Shown here: positions 61,622 to 64,000 of the stretch, in pieces
Numbering within the stretch: the first letter of the stretch is position 1
How the letters are laid out: each line of letters starts with the position of its first letter
From: Gekko japonicus
Taxonomy: Eukaryota
DNA length: 64,000 nucleotides
Assembly: GCF_001447785.1 (NCBI RefSeq)
Contig: NW_015164664.1
Coordinates: forward strand, 124,001 to 188,000
Direction of reading: 5' to 3'
The notes under the pieces: generated by a model
What the model was told of the DNA's origin: nothing
Database searches by the model: none
Seen by the model: only the letters and a program-made list of their open reading frames with translations
Made by a program: the position numbers and the translations under genes

Positions 61622-63976
61622 TCAGATAGCTGTATCTGGACTCGGGTCAGAGCCAGCAGAATTCAGAGGCTTGTTTGTTGTTAACTGTCGAGTAGTCTGT
61701 GCTTCTATGCTGTGCCGGATCCCGTAACCGAAGTAGATGGCAAAGCCTGCACAGATTACAAAAACACTTATTTTATATGTTAAAAGTTGCTAGATTAAAT
61801 TATTTGTTTCAAAAGTAAAGCAAATTAATACTATAGCAGTTACATAAACAGGAGAAAAGTTACAAAAATTTCTAGAATCAAACAATAGAAAACATACATC
61901 CAAAGGCATCTATTGAATAAGTCCAAGGGCATGAGATCCCATTCCTTAAAACCTTAACCAGCTAAATTGTTGATCATCTATGGAAAGGAGAGTCAAAACT
62001 GGTGACCATAGCTCCAAGTGAGCTACCTGAGTCATGATACCAGGAACTCCAAAAAAGAACGGCTTGTCCATTATTCTACTCATTAAAAATTGATCTCATA
62101 GTTTAGCATGCTAGATTGCTTTACACCAAAGAGTTAATGTGGTATAGTGGTTAGTGTTTCAGACTAGGACTGGGTAGGACCTCAATTCAAATCCCATTTA
62201 GTCATGACACTTGCTGGGTGATCTCAGCTCAGTCGCTGGCTCTATCTCAGCTATCCCCACAGAGCTTGCTGTGATGATAAAAGGGATGGGGGAAGACTTC
62301 CTGGAGCTCCTCAGAGAAAGTGTGATAGACAGCAACTGATGAAAGTCAGTAGTTAAAATTGCAGGATCTAGCTTTCAATAATAGTAACGTTTAACATTAA
62401 TAGTAAGGTTTAACATACTTTAACATGATTAAATGCTAAAGGTAAACCCCCCCAAACCCTAATATTAACTGCCTTCTACCAAGTCAAAGCATCCACTTAG
62501 CTCAGTAGTGTCTCTCCTGACTGGTAGCAGCTTTCATTCAGCTCTTGCTGCACATGTTCCTTTAGCTAAAGGTGGACCCAAGGTTTGAACTAAGGGCCTG
62601 TTGCCATGACTTTTCCTTGACATCAGTCCCTATCTCTTGGCCTGTAACCAGCAAATCTTTTCTACCAAAACTCAGAAAATACCAGCAAGCCCTTGTCTAC
62701 GTATGGGTCACAAGGTTTCCCTGCAAGATCTAATCCAATCTTTCTGTAGGACAAAGGAGAAGGGAGCAAAAGAAAAGACTGCTTCATGTGATCTGATTTT
62801 AACCATGAAGAAATCATTACTAGGTTGGATAGAAGCAAATATAAAAAGATAAAGATTGGCTCAGTGGGAAACCCAGAGCAAAACTGACCCAATTAGTAGC
62901 CACCAGCTCTGTTGACTGGATCTAAATGCTTAGAATAATAATCAAGGTGACTTTGGGAATAATTCTCTGCCATCGGCCTTATTCATTCTTAACAAAAGGG
63001 CAAATGCTTCTCCACATGCACACACAATCACGGGTGGTCCTAGTGATTCTAGGTCCAAGATGGGACTCAAGAACCACTGCCTCTCTGCTGGGGCTAACCC
63101 CTACTGGGGTCAAGCAAGGGGTGTTCCTCACTCATACAAGGTGAGTAGGGAGGTTCTGTCATCACTAGAAGAAAGTGGCAGCAGGAGTCTGCTCTTCCTT
63201 CTTCTCCCTTTTCTGTTGGGAGGCAAGGATGTGGGCAATCAGCACCCTCCCCCAGTGCATGCCCTGGGGCACCTGTCCCAGGTACCCATTGGCTAAGACA
63301 ACCCCTGCCTGCAATAATCTCAACTGGCAACAATGAATTTTATTTCCGAAGTCTACACCTGTCTTGTCTCTAAACCCTCCTCCTATTCACATCTGGAAAT
63401 CTTTCCATGAAAGCCCCTCCTGGTTGCAACCTCCCCTCCACTTGGAGCCTCCATCTGTATCAATCAGAAAGGCTTGCTTCTGACTTCACCTGAATGTGAA
63501 CTTCCCCATCTCTCTCCCAGCTCAGGAAAATCAGAGCTGCATTTCTTGTATTCTCTGCCCCCTGTATCCACAGCTACTCTCAGCATTCCAACTCATGCCG
63601 AGCTTGGATTCTTTCCCCTTTGGATCCTCTTTGGAACATCCTCTGCATTCCTGCGTGGCCGAATGATGTCTCTGGAAACTTCAGGTCTGTTTGCAGGTTC
63701 AAGGTGCAGTTGGATCATCAGATACCTGAGCACTTAAATGCCACCCCAGATAACACTTCCACACAGAAAAGGCTCCCTCTGCTTTCCTTGCTGTCCCACT
63801 GGGAGCCCATAGCCATTACTGGAATCAGTCCTACAGGACAGTGCTTTGAACAAATCAGACTCCTTACCTATAGCCATCCAGACAGCAAAGCGGGCCCAGG
63901 TGCCTGCATCCAGTTGCATCATGAGATAGACATTCACAAAGATACTGAAGAGAGGGAGCACCGGCAGGGCAGGCAC
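61622..63976 (-). CDS. SLC7A3: Cationic amino acid transporter 3 (CAT-3), last two coding exons
   Basis: Exon 63976-63868 [36 protein letters not shown] and exon 61746-61622 [13 protein letters not shown]...DTAI*. This is the SLC7A1-3 C-terminal signature; linkage to SNX12/FOXO4 points to SLC7A3. Candidate polyA (minus) at 59728-59733. Confidence 0.88.
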
Positions 63977-64000
63977 CTGGAAAAGAAGAGAAAACCCCCA

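Overview
Vertebrate genomic DNA from a squamate reptile, probably a gecko, judged from the repeat families (Sauria SINE, 5S-derived SINE, Squam-like SINE, BovB, CR1, Penelope remnants, hAT/Harbinger MITEs). Gene order: 3' part of GDPD2 (+, 10 coding exons, stop 7008); FOXO4 (-, 537 aa, two coding exons plus a predicted non-coding last exon); SNX12 (+, 4 exons, 162 aa, divergent from FOXO4); an unrecognised 6-exon gene (+, 49924-57373); and the last two exons of SLC7A3 (-). The unrecognised gene is the main finding. It has a CpG-island promoter, phase-consistent downstream exons, SxIP-like, cyclin-docking and Polo-box-like motifs and a C-terminal CxxC/coiled coil, but exon 1 needs a -1 frame change. 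Also notable: fold-back Penelope-derived elements with hammerhead-ribozyme motifs on both strands, a TSD-flanked two-piece templated copy of the GDPD2 3' region, and CpG-rich Harbinger-type MITEs sharing a 23-bp palindrome near promoters. All calls were made by eye, with no database searches.
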